The notes under the pieces are model-generated. The model was not told where the DNA came from and did not search any database. It was given only the letters and a program-made list of their open reading frames with translations. 64,000 nucleotides of DNA, taken from Candidatus Woesearchaeota archaeon. Lineage in GTDB: Archaea > Nanobdellota > Nanobdellia > Woesearchaeales > GW2011-AR9. Shown here piece after piece: positions 9,621-19,160 of this stretch (its first letter is position 1; each line of letters starts with the position of its first letter). The stretch is taken from positions 1,395,771 through 1,459,770 of the forward strand of contig JACPIK010000002.1 of the NCBI GenBank assembly GCA_016188115.1, in the 5' to 3' direction. The position numbers were made by a program, and so were the translations under genes.

Positions 9621-9970
9621 TATAAGTACCGTTCAAATTTATTTTTCTTGTCAACAAGAATACACTTTGGTTTAATAGGTTTGTTGGTAATCTCAAACGC
9701 CATTATAATTATTTCATGTCCTTTCTTAATCAAATGAGAGCACGCGCCATTCATGCAAATAACACCTGAGTTTTTCGGACCAGCAATGGTATATGTCTCG
9801 AGTCGAGCACCAGTGGTGTTGCTCGTTACCAGCACTTTTTCACCAGGCCAGATATTGGCTTTTTTGAGCAAGACTTCATCAATCGTGATACTGCCAATGT
9901 AATGCAGCTTTGCCTCAGTGACTGTAGCTTTATGGATTTTAGATTTAAGAACGATGCGCATGAAAATCAA
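9620..9970 (-). CDS. panD: aspartate 1-decarboxylase, pyruvoyl-dependent (PanD)
   Basis: '[23 protein letters not shown]' contains the Gly-Ser self-cleavage site. '[10 protein letters not shown]', '[14 protein letters not shown]' and 'GHEIIIMAF' align with bacterial PanD. Confidence 0.85.
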   Translation of the reverse strand: MIFMRIVLKSKIHKATVTEAKLHYIGSITIDEVLLKKANIWPGEKVLVTSNTTGARLETYTIAGPKNSGVICMNGACSHLIKKGHEIIIMAFEITNKPIKPKCILVDKKNKFERYL

Positions 9971-10075
9971 CCTCTCTTTACAAATAAGGGCCTTGTACTG
10001 TTAAAAACATTCTTCACTATTATTGGGGGGTGAAAGTTCAAAATATTTATATACCAGTCCCAATTTAACCATTTT

Positions 10076-11983
10076 ATGCCTATTTTCAATGTGGGGGCTG
10101 CGCTAGCACCACGAGAGTCATTTGATGGACTTATCGAGAAATACGGTTCTCCCACGTTGAATGCTCCTCAAGTCGATATTGAGAATGCGGTAGCTCATCG
10201 AACATGGTTAGCATTAGCAAAATACGTTGAATTTCTCAACCCACAGTTCCTCAATGGCTTGTTTCAAGGAATAGAACTTCCTACTCAAGGGATGAGTATT
10301 GATGAACATGTTTTTCCTCCTACAGTTGATCGTGTTCTTTCCGCTCAAGCACGTCAAGCCTATGCTATTTTAGAACTGAACCCTCGTCATTTTGGCAGTG
10401 TCGAAACTCGACTTAAGTTATTTGACAATTTAGTCCGCACTACTAATGATCCTCTTGCATGTTTTAATGCAGGTCGTAGTGTTCGTGTTGTTCCAGATCT
10501 AAATCCTCTACGAGCCGGATTTCTTGACATCCAAAAAGGATTAGCAAAAGCATTTGGCGCTAATCCAGGCAAATTACTTGAAAGCAGACTCGAACCAGCT
10601 AATGCTGCGCTTAATAGATTTCTTAGCGTGAGTGGAGCAGGATATGGGGGCAATTACCTTAACATTCGTGTTGAATATTTCCCTGGTTGTGACATCTCTC
10701 CATTAGGTGATCAATATACTTTGGGTGTACTTGTTGCAGGATTGGAACAAATCGCAGCATATAAAAAATTAGAAATTCGCTGCATCCAATCACCATTTGA
10801 TCCTCAGACAGAAAGACAAAAATTAGGGTTAGCTACTCGCGGCGTTGAGTATGACTTGAGTAATTATCATCAAACTAACGGCCCTGTTTTTATCTATCGT
10901 TTAGAATATCATGAAAAAGCAGAGTGGTTCAACCGTATCGGACGTGCCATCGTTGATTTTTCCCGACGTCATATCCCTTCTCGTCAATCAAAAGCAGTAC
11001 TAACTTCGCAAGAAGCAGTAATGCGACTGTTAACCAGCGAAAGACAAGCAGACGAAGCGCGAGAAGCAGGATATAGGTCTACTCTTGCTGCCGCCGTTGC
11101 CCGTGCCGATGCCGCCGAAGCAGAAAGAGAAGCAGAATCCCAACGTAGTGCCGCATTAGAAGCGCAACTTGAAAATGCTCGTATGGTTGCACGTAACCAA
11201 GAAGTAGGGGAATATCTTCGCACTTCTATTCATGATATCATCAATGCGTTTAATGTAGTTCGAGCTGAATTAATCACTACGGGGGGAGCAGTATTAAAAT
11301 CTCTATATTCTCCCGCGGAGGAAATTTTGCCTTCCAATCTTGTTGAAGATAAACGGTCATTGAGAGAAATTGTATCTCCATTATTAGAAGATTCTGTTGA
11401 AAGCATAGTCCGATCTTATGCATCCCATCTTGTAGATCAAGTTCAAGCAATAGATGAACAAGTTCTACGTCTTCGTCAGGTTATGAAACCAGAATCCGTT
11501 GCTCAAGTAACTGATGTTGCTTATGGTCAATCGATTGATCGTGTAATCAAAAAAGTAAGAACTCGGTTTCCTTCTGCAACTATTGAATACTCTTCCCCAG
11601 ATGATTCACATACTGTAAGTGTTAATGGAAATTTATTGGAGATGGTTTTATTCAATTTAGTTAATAATGCCATAGAAGGCTGTGTTGAAAATGGTTATGA
11701 CTCAAATCTTCGTATTCACTGTAGCACCCTAGATAGAGAGGACCATTATCGAGAGCGCATTATCATTTATCAGCAAGCTCCTATTCCTGAAAATATTTTA
11801 GGGGATCTTAACGCTGGGGTTGCCAAGAGTTCAAAAGGTGATAAAGGAAGTGCCGTAGGTGCTAGCAGCAGTCGTAAAATGGTGGTTGATGTGATGGGCG
11901 GAGATCTTCGTTGGCAAAGTCCAGTAAAAGCAGCAGGATATGGAGCAGCAACAGTTATAGAATTATATAGTAAAGATAAATAA
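10076..11983 (+). CDS. soluble histidine-kinase-like protein: novel N-terminal domain, Ala/Arg-rich coiled coil, H-box and HATPase_c
   Basis: H-box-like 'YLRTSIHDIINAFNVV'. ATPase N-box 'LEMVLFNLVNNAIEG', G-rich 'GDKGSAVGASSS', C-terminal 'VIELY'. No TM segments. GC is visibly higher than in the flanking genes. Confidence 0.55.
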   Translation: MPIFNVGAALAPRESFDGLIEKYGSPTLNAPQVDIENAVAHRTWLALAKYVEFLNPQFLNGLFQGIELPTQGMSIDEHVFPPTVDRVLSAQARQAYAILELNPRHFGSVETRLKLFDNLVRTTNDPLACFNAGRSVRVVPDLNPLRAGFLDIQKGLAKAFGANPGKLLESRLEPANAALNRFLSVSGAGYGGNYLNIRVEYFPGCDISPLGDQYTLGVLVAGLEQIAAYKKLEIRCIQSPFDPQTERQKLGLATRGVEYDLSNYHQTNGPVFIYRLEYHEKAEWFNRIGRAIVDFSRRHIPSRQSKAVLTSQEAVMRLLTSERQADEAREAGYRSTLAAAVARADAAEAEREAESQRSAALEAQLENARMVARNQEVGEYLRTSIHDIINAFNVVRAELITTGGAVLKSLYSPAEEILPSNLVEDKRSLREIVSPLLEDSVESIVRSYASHLVDQVQAIDEQVLRLRQVMKPESVAQVTDVAYGQSIDRVIKKVRTRFPSATIEYSSPDDSHTVSVNGNLLEMVLFNLVNNAIEGCVENGYDSNLRIHCSTLDREDHYRERIIIYQQAPIPENILGDLNAGVAKSSKGDKGSAVGASSSRKMVVDVMGGDLRWQSPVKAAGYGAATVIELYSKDK

Positions 11984-12003
11984 AAAAAGAGAGAAATTAA
12001 AAT

Positions 12004-12663
12004 TTAAATATCGTCTCCTTGTCCTTGTAGGCGATCTTCTAAATTTCTCACCCAACTAGGGTTAAGAATTCGGATCGGCGAATTAGGTAATGGATTTTTA
12101 GCAAGAAGTGCGTTATAATGTCGTTCTGCATCTTGCACCAGCTGTGCCACAGTTTGACCGTATGTCACTGTTCTGTCTGATCCTGGAACGCCATGTTTCT
12201 TGCGGTATGTTACATCAATCCCTTCGATACCTACTACTTTTCCAACGGCACGAGCTGGGTTTCCATTTGCGTCAAGAACTGTTCCTTCTTTCACTGCTCC
12301 GACATTCAAAATTCTCGTAGCATCAGTTGTAACAAATGAAAGTAAGTAAAGACCTAAACGAGTCTGTGACGGCTTATGTTTTTGTGACTCGTAGAGTTTT
12401 ACTAATTCTGAACCTAATAAACGTGCTGCTTCAACACCATCTCCCATTCCAACTCTTCCTTGCGGATCAATATGGACATCATAAATAAACATTGAACCTG
12501 GTTGAATTGTTTGTATGAATTTTTCAGGATGATATGCATTAGCTAAAGGAAGGGGCACTACTCTAACATTTAATGGAGAAAGTGCTCTATCTGCATCCTC
12601 GACTCTTGCTGCTTCATTTTCTAACATATATACATTTTGTATTGTAGCCATATTAATCACCAA
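12004..12663 (-). CDS. hypothetical protein, paralog A of a tandem pair
   Basis: 219 aa. Shares 'HIDPQGRVGMGDGVEAA...KLYE...LSFVTTD...NPSWVRN' blocks with the adjacent gene. Confidence 0.5.
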   Translation of the reverse strand: MVINMATIQNVYMLENEAARVEDADRALSPLNVRVVPLPLANAYHPEKFIQTIQPGSMFIYDVHIDPQGRVGMGDGVEAARLLGSELVKLYESQKHKPSQTRLGLYLLSFVTTDATRILNVGAVKEGTVLDANGNPARAVGKVVGIEGIDVTYRKKHGVPGSDRTVTYGQTVAQLVQDAERHYNALLAKNPLPNSPIRILNPSWVRNLEDRLQGQGDDI

Positions 12664-12678
12664 TTGATTTCTATTACT

Positions 12679-13326
12679 TCAAACACTATCATCTGCTTTC
12701 ATTCTATTCATCCATCCTGGATTACAGTAACGTAAATTCTGGGGTTCTTCTAATTTTCCTTCTCTGATCGCAGTATAAAATCGATCTAAATCTTCTGCAA
12801 TTTCTCTAACGCCTACCTCATAAGGAACAACACTTCCATTTCGGTCAAACCCTTTTTGTCGGAAGAATACCTCTGCTCCAGCTAAATTTGCAACACGCCC
12901 ATTCACAGGTGCATTTTTCCCATCTGGTAAACGACCAAGATAGTCGATTTCTGTTCCAGCAGGAGCATTAAAAATCGCATAAGGATTCGTAGTAACAAAA
13001 ACTAACGCTAACGGAGAAATTCGTTCGTCAAAGATTGTTGGGTCGCGCGGGTCTTCTTCATATAATTTTTGGAGACGTCGCGTAATGCTCTCAGCAGCAT
13101 CTAACCCCGTCACGCCATCGCCTTGTTCTATATGGTAATCAACAATGGCAATCCCTTTCCCAATAATACTTGACCCTAACAAAACCCGGGGATCATCTCT
13201 TACTGCACGCAGGTTATACGCTTCGATAGCCAAATCGCCGTGGCTTACAGTAGTTTGCAATCTCCTCACAAGATCTACATTATCTTCAAGAACACACAAC
13301 CGATCTAAAGTTCGAAACGTTGACAT
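12679..13326 (-). CDS. hypothetical protein, paralog B of a tandem pair
   Basis: 215 aa. 'HIEQGDGVTGLDAA...KLYEED...LVFVTTN...NPGWMNR' is collinear with paralog A. Confidence 0.5.
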   Translation of the reverse strand: MSTFRTLDRLCVLEDNVDLVRRLQTTVSHGDLAIEAYNLRAVRDDPRVLLGSSIIGKGIAIVDYHIEQGDGVTGLDAAESITRRLQKLYEEDPRDPTIFDERISPLALVFVTTNPYAIFNAPAGTEIDYLGRLPDGKNAPVNGRVANLAGAEVFFRQKGFDRNGSVVPYEVGVREIAEDLDRFYTAIREGKLEEPQNLRYCNPGWMNRMKADDSV

Positions 13327-13392
13327 TTACTACTGAAAAATAAGAAAAAAGTATATAAACACTTATATTCTATAAAATATAGGTTAAAAAAT

Positions 13393-14193
13393 CTATTTCA
13401 CACTAATCGTCACAACATCGCCATCAACACTGGCTCCTCGTGTTGTTCCTTCTAGTTTAAATACGGCATCCCCAGAACCAACAACCATTGAACCAGTGAA
13501 ATAATACACTGCTGCTTTCTCGTTAACCAAATTATACGTTAACTTACCTCCTACCGAAAGAGTCCCATCACCAGCAGGCATTACCACATCTTTGAGAGCA
13601 ACGTGACCAACATCTAATTTCTTAAATGTTAAATCAGAAATAACAATCTCCATATCTCTGCCTGACTCCAACGCAACACCATTCACACCAATGCGACGTG
13701 CTTTTCCTGCAAGAGATAATGAAGAGCCACTTAACACAAAGTCTCCTTCAAAATCGCCAATATCTAACGTAACACCCTGTAAATTATTCAACTCTAACCG
13801 ATCATTATTAACTTGGATAGAGGTTGTTAAATCGTCAAACACTAATTCCATTTGTTTTACACTCACTTTCTTGGAAAGAGCAGGAACTTTATTAAACGAC
13901 AACGTGACTGGAACATCACGAGTACCTCGTGAGACTTCTTGTTTAAACACTTTCTCTAAAGGATTATCATCAGTAGATACACTGCTAAATTCTTCTGCCT
14001 CTTGGCTATCACCAAATAATGTTGATCCTGATTTAGAAGGTGAACTCTCTTCAGATCTGGTATCACTTATGGCTCCACCGGTAATGGTTCCATCTTTGAA
14101 CACAAACAGTAACGCTACCGCACCAAGCACAATGATACCCATTACTATGTAGAATTTGATATTGGAATCCTTTTTAGGATATTTATCGTACAT
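13393..14193 (-). CDS. N-terminally membrane-anchored extracellular beta-rich protein
   Basis: One TM 'FYIVMGIIVLGAVALLFVF' followed by a Ser/Thr/Gly/Val-rich ectodomain. Confidence 0.45.
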   Translation of the reverse strand: MYDKYPKKDSNIKFYIVMGIIVLGAVALLFVFKDGTITGGAISDTRSEESSPSKSGSTLFGDSQEAEEFSSVSTDDNPLEKVFKQEVSRGTRDVPVTLSFNKVPALSKKVSVKQMELVFDDLTTSIQVNNDRLELNNLQGVTLDIGDFEGDFVLSGSSLSLAGKARRIGVNGVALESGRDMEIVISDLTFKKLDVGHVALKDVVMPAGDGTLSVGGKLTYNLVNEKAAVYYFTGSMVVGSGDAVFKLEGTTRGASVDGDVVTISVK

Positions 14194-14291
14194 TACTCAC
14201 ACACCTCTTTATAAATCAGAAAGTGTCTTTAATTTAATAAACTTTGTGGTTTCCCCTTTTATGACCATTAGGTTTTTAAATAAAGCCTACT

Positions 14292-14341
14292 CCCAAGCAT
14301 TATTCGAGAGGTGCGTCGGTTAACGCTTACGCATACTTGGG
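14292..14341 (+). promoter_or_regulatory. nested hairpin in the S15 leader region
   Basis: 'cccaagcat...gtgcgt cggtta acgc..acgcat acttggg' shows outer and inner complementarity about 60 bp upstream of the rps15 ATG. Confidence 0.2.
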
Positions 14342-14403
14342 AAAGTCTAGATATCAACTAGCATAACACTTCTCAGCTCGATCTAACATTAGGTGAACTA
14401 AAC

Positions 14404-14856
14404 ATGGCTCGTATGCATTCCCGCGCAAGAGGAAAAAGTGGAAGTAAACGCCCAATTAAACAAGTATCAACATGGGCTCCATATAAAGAAAGCGAAGTAG
14501 AAAAACTCGTTGTAAAATATGCTAAAACGGGAAAAACCAAAAGTGAAATTGGTATGATTCTTCGCGATAGTTATGGTATCCAAAGTGTTCATGCCCTTAC
14601 TGGCAAACGCGTTGCGGATATTGTTGCAGAAAACAACTTAACCAAAAAACTTCCCGATGATGTCATGGCATTAATCAAACGCCTTATTGACATTCGCGCA
14701 CACATGGACAAGAATAAGCAAGACATGACTGCCATTCGCGGTTTAACTCTTACTAATTCCAAAATCCGTCGATTGACCAAATATTACAAAGCGAAAGGAA
14801 TTATGGCTCAAGATTGGCAACTCGACATGAATAAACTTAAGATCTATCTCGAATAG
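14404..14856 (+). CDS. rps15: 30S ribosomal protein S15 (uS15 / S13e)
   Basis: 'MARMHSRARGKSGSKRP' N-terminus, 150 aa. Confidence 0.85.
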   Translation: MARMHSRARGKSGSKRPIKQVSTWAPYKESEVEKLVVKYAKTGKTKSEIGMILRDSYGIQSVHALTGKRVADIVAENNLTKKLPDDVMALIKRLIDIRAHMDKNKQDMTAIRGLTLTNSKIRRLTKYYKAKGIMAQDWQLDMNKLKIYLE

Positions 14857-14975
14857 ATCGTTTGTTTTTGATTTTTTTTCCATTTCTTCTCTTATTGCTC
14901 TTTCAACTTCTCTTTTTTTCCAAAATATTGTTCATCACCACAACCCATAAAAAGACTTACTTCTTCCATTAAAAC

Positions 14976-15701
14976 ATGCTTCCAAAAATTCTGATTGGTG
15001 TTCCTACCTTTGATGGGCAGAAATATTGTAAATTTCAATTCATTCAATCAATTCAATCATTAACCTATCTTAACGCCGATGTTTTAGTTGTTGACAATAG
15101 TGATCATGAGAACTATGCCAAAGAATTAGAACAAGTAAAAGTTCCCTATGGCAATCTCACTGTACTGCATCAAGCCCCCAAAGGCACACGTATCGAACGT
15201 ATTATCCAAAATCGAAATACTATTCGCGCTTATTTTCTCGAGCACCATTATGACTTCCTACTTTTTTTAGATAGCGACGTCATGGCTCCCAAAGATGTTA
15301 TCGAACAACTTATTGCGCTCAATAGCGATATTGCCTCTGGTCTTTATCTCACACGTCAACAAATTGCGCCGGGTAAATTTGATATTATCCCTACGGTCTA
15401 TGTACCACATGGTAAAGACAGTGTGCAAACTCTTAGTCAAGAACAAGCAGTTTCAAAAGGCGCATTTGACATCCTTATTTGTGGTCTTGGTTGCACGCTT
15501 ATTAAACGTCATGTCCTGTTTGCGCTTTCATTTCATCAATATAACTCTGAATCTTCTACTGGCAGCGAAGACGTTGCTTTCTGTTTAGATGCCAAGAAAA
15601 ATAACTTTTCCATGAAAGCAACCAGCAACGTCTTATGTGATCATGTGGGAAAAGAACAGACTTTAACATTTAAACCCAGTTTTAGTTATTCGTTGATTTA
15701 G
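14976..15701 (+). CDS. family 2 glycosyltransferase
   Basis: 'VVDNSDHENY' and a DxD motif 'LDSDVM'. Confidence 0.6.
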   Translation: MLPKILIGVPTFDGQKYCKFQFIQSIQSLTYLNADVLVVDNSDHENYAKELEQVKVPYGNLTVLHQAPKGTRIERIIQNRNTIRAYFLEHHYDFLLFLDSDVMAPKDVIEQLIALNSDIASGLYLTRQQIAPGKFDIIPTVYVPHGKDSVQTLSQEQAVSKGAFDILICGLGCTLIKRHVLFALSFHQYNSESSTGSEDVAFCLDAKKNNFSMKATSNVLCDHVGKEQTLTFKPSFSYSLI

Positions 15702-15703
15702 GT

Positions 15704-16171
15704 ATGGGGTCTTCTCGTAGCAAAACGGATTATGTACTTGATCTTGCATATGGTGCAACTCGCTACCCTTGTGCTCTTCTCTTGCCTCATGTCTACGTTG
15801 GGCATTTTGCAAAAGACGAACGCGCAGAGCATCAAAAAATCTTTTTCGAGCAATTACTTGGTCTGAATTTTCATCGAACGCCTTGGCAATTGGTTTTTCC
15901 TGGTCAAACTGCCGGACTAATAAAGAGAATTCCACCTAGTTTAGATGGAATTAATGAGTATCATGTACGTTTCTACAACGATGGGGTCATCGATTGCGAA
16001 CTTGAGGTGGATCGATTTAGTCGGAATCATTGGGCAGGTCCGCGTCAGCAGGGAGCAGAGCTTTTAGAAACGCTTCTCGAAGGAATGAATCATCTCCCGG
16101 CTCATACAAAAGATATAATTCAGACTCTCTTTGGAAGCAAGCATTATTCTGGTAATTGTGTCAGAAAATGA
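15704..16171 (+). CDS. hypothetical protein
   Basis: Open frame sitting immediately after the glycosyltransferase. No recognisable motif. Confidence 0.35.
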   Translation: MGSSRSKTDYVLDLAYGATRYPCALLLPHVYVGHFAKDERAEHQKIFFEQLLGLNFHRTPWQLVFPGQTAGLIKRIPPSLDGINEYHVRFYNDGVIDCELEVDRFSRNHWAGPRQQGAELLETLLEGMNHLPAHTKDIIQTLFGSKHYSGNCVRK

Positions 16172-16198
16172 AAAGAAAACAAGAATAAAAAAACAAAC

Positions 16199-16471
16199 TT
16201 ACAACATTGTCCGAATACTTTCAATATTGGACGCAACATCTCTTCCCTTGCGGGTAAGTTCGAGTAATTTTAAACGTCCTTCTTTGCGGAAATTAATTAA
16301 ATCTGCCTTTTGCATCTCTTGTAAGATCTTCACCACGTGAGAATATGTACAATCAATTTGTTTTGCAAGAACAGAAGCGTATACTCCAGCATTCGCGTTT
16401 TTCAACTCAACCAGCATCATCGCAGGTTTCTCTCTAAAAAATACATCAAAAATAGCTTTATTTCGTCCCAA
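16199..16471 (-). CDS. small winged-helix transcriptional regulator
   Basis: 90 aa. 'YASVLAKQIDCTYSHVVKILQEMQKADLINFRKEGRLKLLELT' is wHTH-like. Confidence 0.5.
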   Translation of the reverse strand: MGRNKAIFDVFFREKPAMMLVELKNANAGVYASVLAKQIDCTYSHVVKILQEMQKADLINFRKEGRLKLLELTRKGRDVASNIESIRTML

Positions 16472-16615
16472 ATTGGCACCCCCAATCTATCCCACCACCT
16501 CGACAAGTTGGCTCGAAGAGGTATATTTAAACCTTTATTGATTCAAACAGTTATTTCGCAGGATATATGTTTTATAAAGCTTTTGTTATAAAAATGTAGG
16601 TCCCATTATGTTATT

Positions 16616-16951
16616 TTATCGACGAGAAAGTGCTGTTACAATTATTGCTTTAAAATTTTGTTCTAATTTTTCTATGTCGTTTAATGTAAATCCCTCTGTA
16701 ATAATCTTACTTTTACCTCTTTGTAAATATAATTCAGCATTGGCAATATCTTGTTGTAATCGAATTAAGTTAGCCAAACCGACTCGTTTACATTCCTGCC
16801 ACAAATTTTTGTATCGATTTTCAACATCAATAAAACTGCATTTTGTACCTCGTAAAGAAATTATTGCTTCAGCAAGACTCACTAACGCAATTTGGATATT
16901 TTTTGGTAATGTACTTATTTGTGCTTTTACTTGAATAATATCTAAAGACAT
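16616..16951 (-). CDS. hypothetical helical protein
   Basis: 111 aa. No clear motif. Confidence 0.3.
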   Translation of the reverse strand: MSLDIIQVKAQISTLPKNIQIALVSLAEAIISLRGTKCSFIDVENRYKNLWQECKRVGLANLIRLQQDIANAELYLQRGKSKIITEGFTLNDIEKLEQNFKAIIVTALSRR

Positions 16952-17052
16952 TTCATTTTTCTAATTTATTTAGGTTATAAAGTTTCTTTGCCTCTCTGTG
17001 GGAGTAAAGCAGAACCAGAAGCCTTTTATCTAACACCTAATCCAATATCAAG

Positions 17053-18918
17053 ATGGTTTCGCCTTTCGTCGAGAATTATTTTCCTCATTCAACTATTAGA
17101 GAAGGACAAAAAGAGCTTGTTGATGATATTGAAAATGCAATTAAAACACAAACTCCTCTTATAGCTCATGCCCCGACAGGATTGGGAAAGACCGCAAGTG
17201 CATTAAGTGTAGCTATTGCCTATGCTCTTAAAAACAAAAAACGCGTTTTTTTTGCTACCAATCGTCACACGCAGCACGCAATCGCATTAGATACAGTTCG
17301 CAAAATTGGACAAAAGATAGGCCAACCAATTATTTGTGCTGATTTAATGGGGAAGAAAAATATGTGCTCACAAGAAGTTGCTGACTTATTTCAAAGTGAT
17401 TTTAGTGAATATTGTCGATCAATTGTTGAACGTGGTGAATGTTCTTATTATAACAAAGTCAAAGAAAAACAAGCACTCAGTGTAGAAGCGAAACATCTTG
17501 TTTCCACACTCAAACACGTTGCGCCATCAAGTTCAGAAAGTATCCTTAAAGCTGCAGCAAATCACGAAATGTGCGGATATGAAATTTCCATCGCTTTAGG
17601 AAAAGATGCTCAAGTGATTATTGGTGACTATAATTATCTTTTTAATAGTTTCATTCAGTCTTCGTTGTTTGGCAAAATCGGACTAACCTTAGAAGATACT
17701 ATCATTATTGTTGATGAAGGGCACAACATTCCTTCTCGGGTTATGGATATGATGAGTTCATCTCTTTCTATTACCCAACTTAAATATGCTATTCAAGAAT
17801 CTCAAAAATTTGGTTTTCGTGGTCTTGTATCTTGGATTAGTGAGATTGAACGAATCATAAATTCATTAGCAGCATTTGAAAATGATCAAAAGGAAAAGAA
17901 AGTGAATAAACAAGATCTTCTTACTCCTCTTACTAAACTAATTGATTATGACTCCTTGCTTGAACAACTTGAGACTGCTGCTGATGAAGTCCGCAAAAAA
18001 CAGCGTAAATCTTTTCTTGGAGGAATTGTCCAATTTCTTCAATCGTGGAGCGGCAGCGAAGAAGGCTATGCGCGCGTCCTTATTGAAAAATCAGGATTTA
18101 ATGGATCTGTGCTTACTCTTCAGTATCTCTGTCTTGATCCGAGTATTGTCACCAAAGATATTTTTGACCAAGCATATGCTACAGTTATCATGAGTGGCAC
18201 TCTCAAACCTCTCTTTATGTATAAAGATCTGTTAGGTATTCCTAAAGCAGCCGTAAAAGAATATGCTTCCCCTTTTCCGGCAGATAATAAATTAAGTATT
18301 ATTATTCCTCAAACCAGTACCAAATATAGTTTACGCAGTGAAGCGATGTTTACCTCCATTGGTCAGATCTGTGCAACTATTTCAAAACAAATTCCAGGAA
18401 ATGTAGCTCTCTTTTTTCCATCCTATGATCTTCGTGATCGTATCGCAACACATATTCACACATCTAAACGTCTGCTCTATGAAAAACCAACCATGTCAAA
18501 AGAAGAAAAAGAACAATTTTTGGCGACATTTCATTCCCTTCGCCGAGAAGGCGCAGTTTTGTTAGGTGTAGCCGGAGCCAATTTTGCCGAAGGAGTTGAT
18601 TTTCCTGGCGATTTACTCAACGGCGTTGTGGTTGTAGGCATTCCTCTTTCTCGTCCTGATATTCGTACCCAAGAACTCATAACCTATTATGATCGTAAGT
18701 TTGGCAAAGGGTTTGACTATGGGTATGTTTACCCTGCTATCAATAAATGTCTTCAAAGTGCTGGTCGGTGTATTCGGTCCGAAACAGACCGTGGCGTTGT
18801 CATTTATCTTGATGAACGATTTGCCCACCAACAGTATTTTTCTTGTTTTCCTCGAGAAAGGCTTCTTGTTACTAAAGATTTTGAGAAACATTTAAGCTTG
18901 TTTTTTGCTTCAAAGTAA
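17053..18918 (+). CDS. xpd: XPD/Rad3-family Fe-S DNA helicase
   Basis: Walker A 'AHAPTGLGKT', DEGH box 'IVDEGHN', and a four-Cys Fe-S domain (C-x-C...C-x-Y). Confidence 0.75.
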   Translation: MVSPFVENYFPHSTIREGQKELVDDIENAIKTQTPLIAHAPTGLGKTASALSVAIAYALKNKKRVFFATNRHTQHAIALDTVRKIGQKIGQPIICADLMGKKNMCSQEVADLFQSDFSEYCRSIVERGECSYYNKVKEKQALSVEAKHLVSTLKHVAPSSSESILKAAANHEMCGYEISIALGKDAQVIIGDYNYLFNSFIQSSLFGKIGLTLEDTIIIVDEGHNIPSRVMDMMSSSLSITQLKYAIQESQKFGFRGLVSWISEIERIINSLAAFENDQKEKKVNKQDLLTPLTKLIDYDSLLEQLETAADEVRKKQRKSFLGGIVQFLQSWSGSEEGYARVLIEKSGFNGSVLTLQYLCLDPSIVTKDIFDQAYATVIMSGTLKPLFMYKDLLGIPKAAVKEYASPFPADNKLSIIIPQTSTKYSLRSEAMFTSIGQICATISKQIPGNVALFFPSYDLRDRIATHIHTSKRLLYEKPTMSKEEKEQFLATFHSLRREGAVLLGVAGANFAEGVDFPGDLLNGVVVVGIPLSRPDIRTQELITYYDRKFGKGFDYGYVYPAINKCLQSAGRCIRSETDRGVVIYLDERFAHQQYFSCFPRERLLVTKDFEKHLSLFFASK

Positions 18919-19004
18919 GAGATCTACTCATTTTTTTGCCTATTGCCTAAAATACGTATATTATAGCAGTCTCAACTAGTATACAAAAGAGTAACATTTA
19001 TATA

Positions 19005-19160
19005 CGTGGTAGCCTATTCCGGTTCTGGGAAAAAGAGGTGATAATTTTTTTCCTGTCGGGAAGTTAGTCTTCGTATGAAGACCTCGTCCTTAGTTTCAAG
19101 GGGCTCCTTTAGAGATTCTACCACCCTCACCCCCTCTTTGGAGCCCCATTTTCTCTTTTC
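19005..19160 (+). ncRNA. candidate structured RNA or terminator-like element in a 390-bp intergenic region
   Basis: GTGGTAG (19006-12) pairs with CTACCAC (19118-24). GGGGCTCC (19100-07) pairs with GGAGCCCC (19140-47) and is followed by an oligo-T run. Inner hairpins 'gtcttcgtatgaagac' and 'ttccggttctgggaa'. Confidence 0.25.

Noticed and set aside
12108-12320. 70-aa plus-strand ORF (and similar short antisense ORFs at 8379, 10387, 10984, 13145, 13691, 21190, 26318 etc.)
   Set aside because: They lie entirely inside longer, motif-supported genes on the opposite strand or in another frame. They are typical shadow ORFs.
19005-19125. Intron-containing tRNA in the xpd downstream region
   Set aside because: The GTGGTAG/CTACCAC pairing could be an acceptor stem. 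But no T-loop (TTCRANY) or D-arm could be placed, even allowing introns as in the tRNA-Arg locus.
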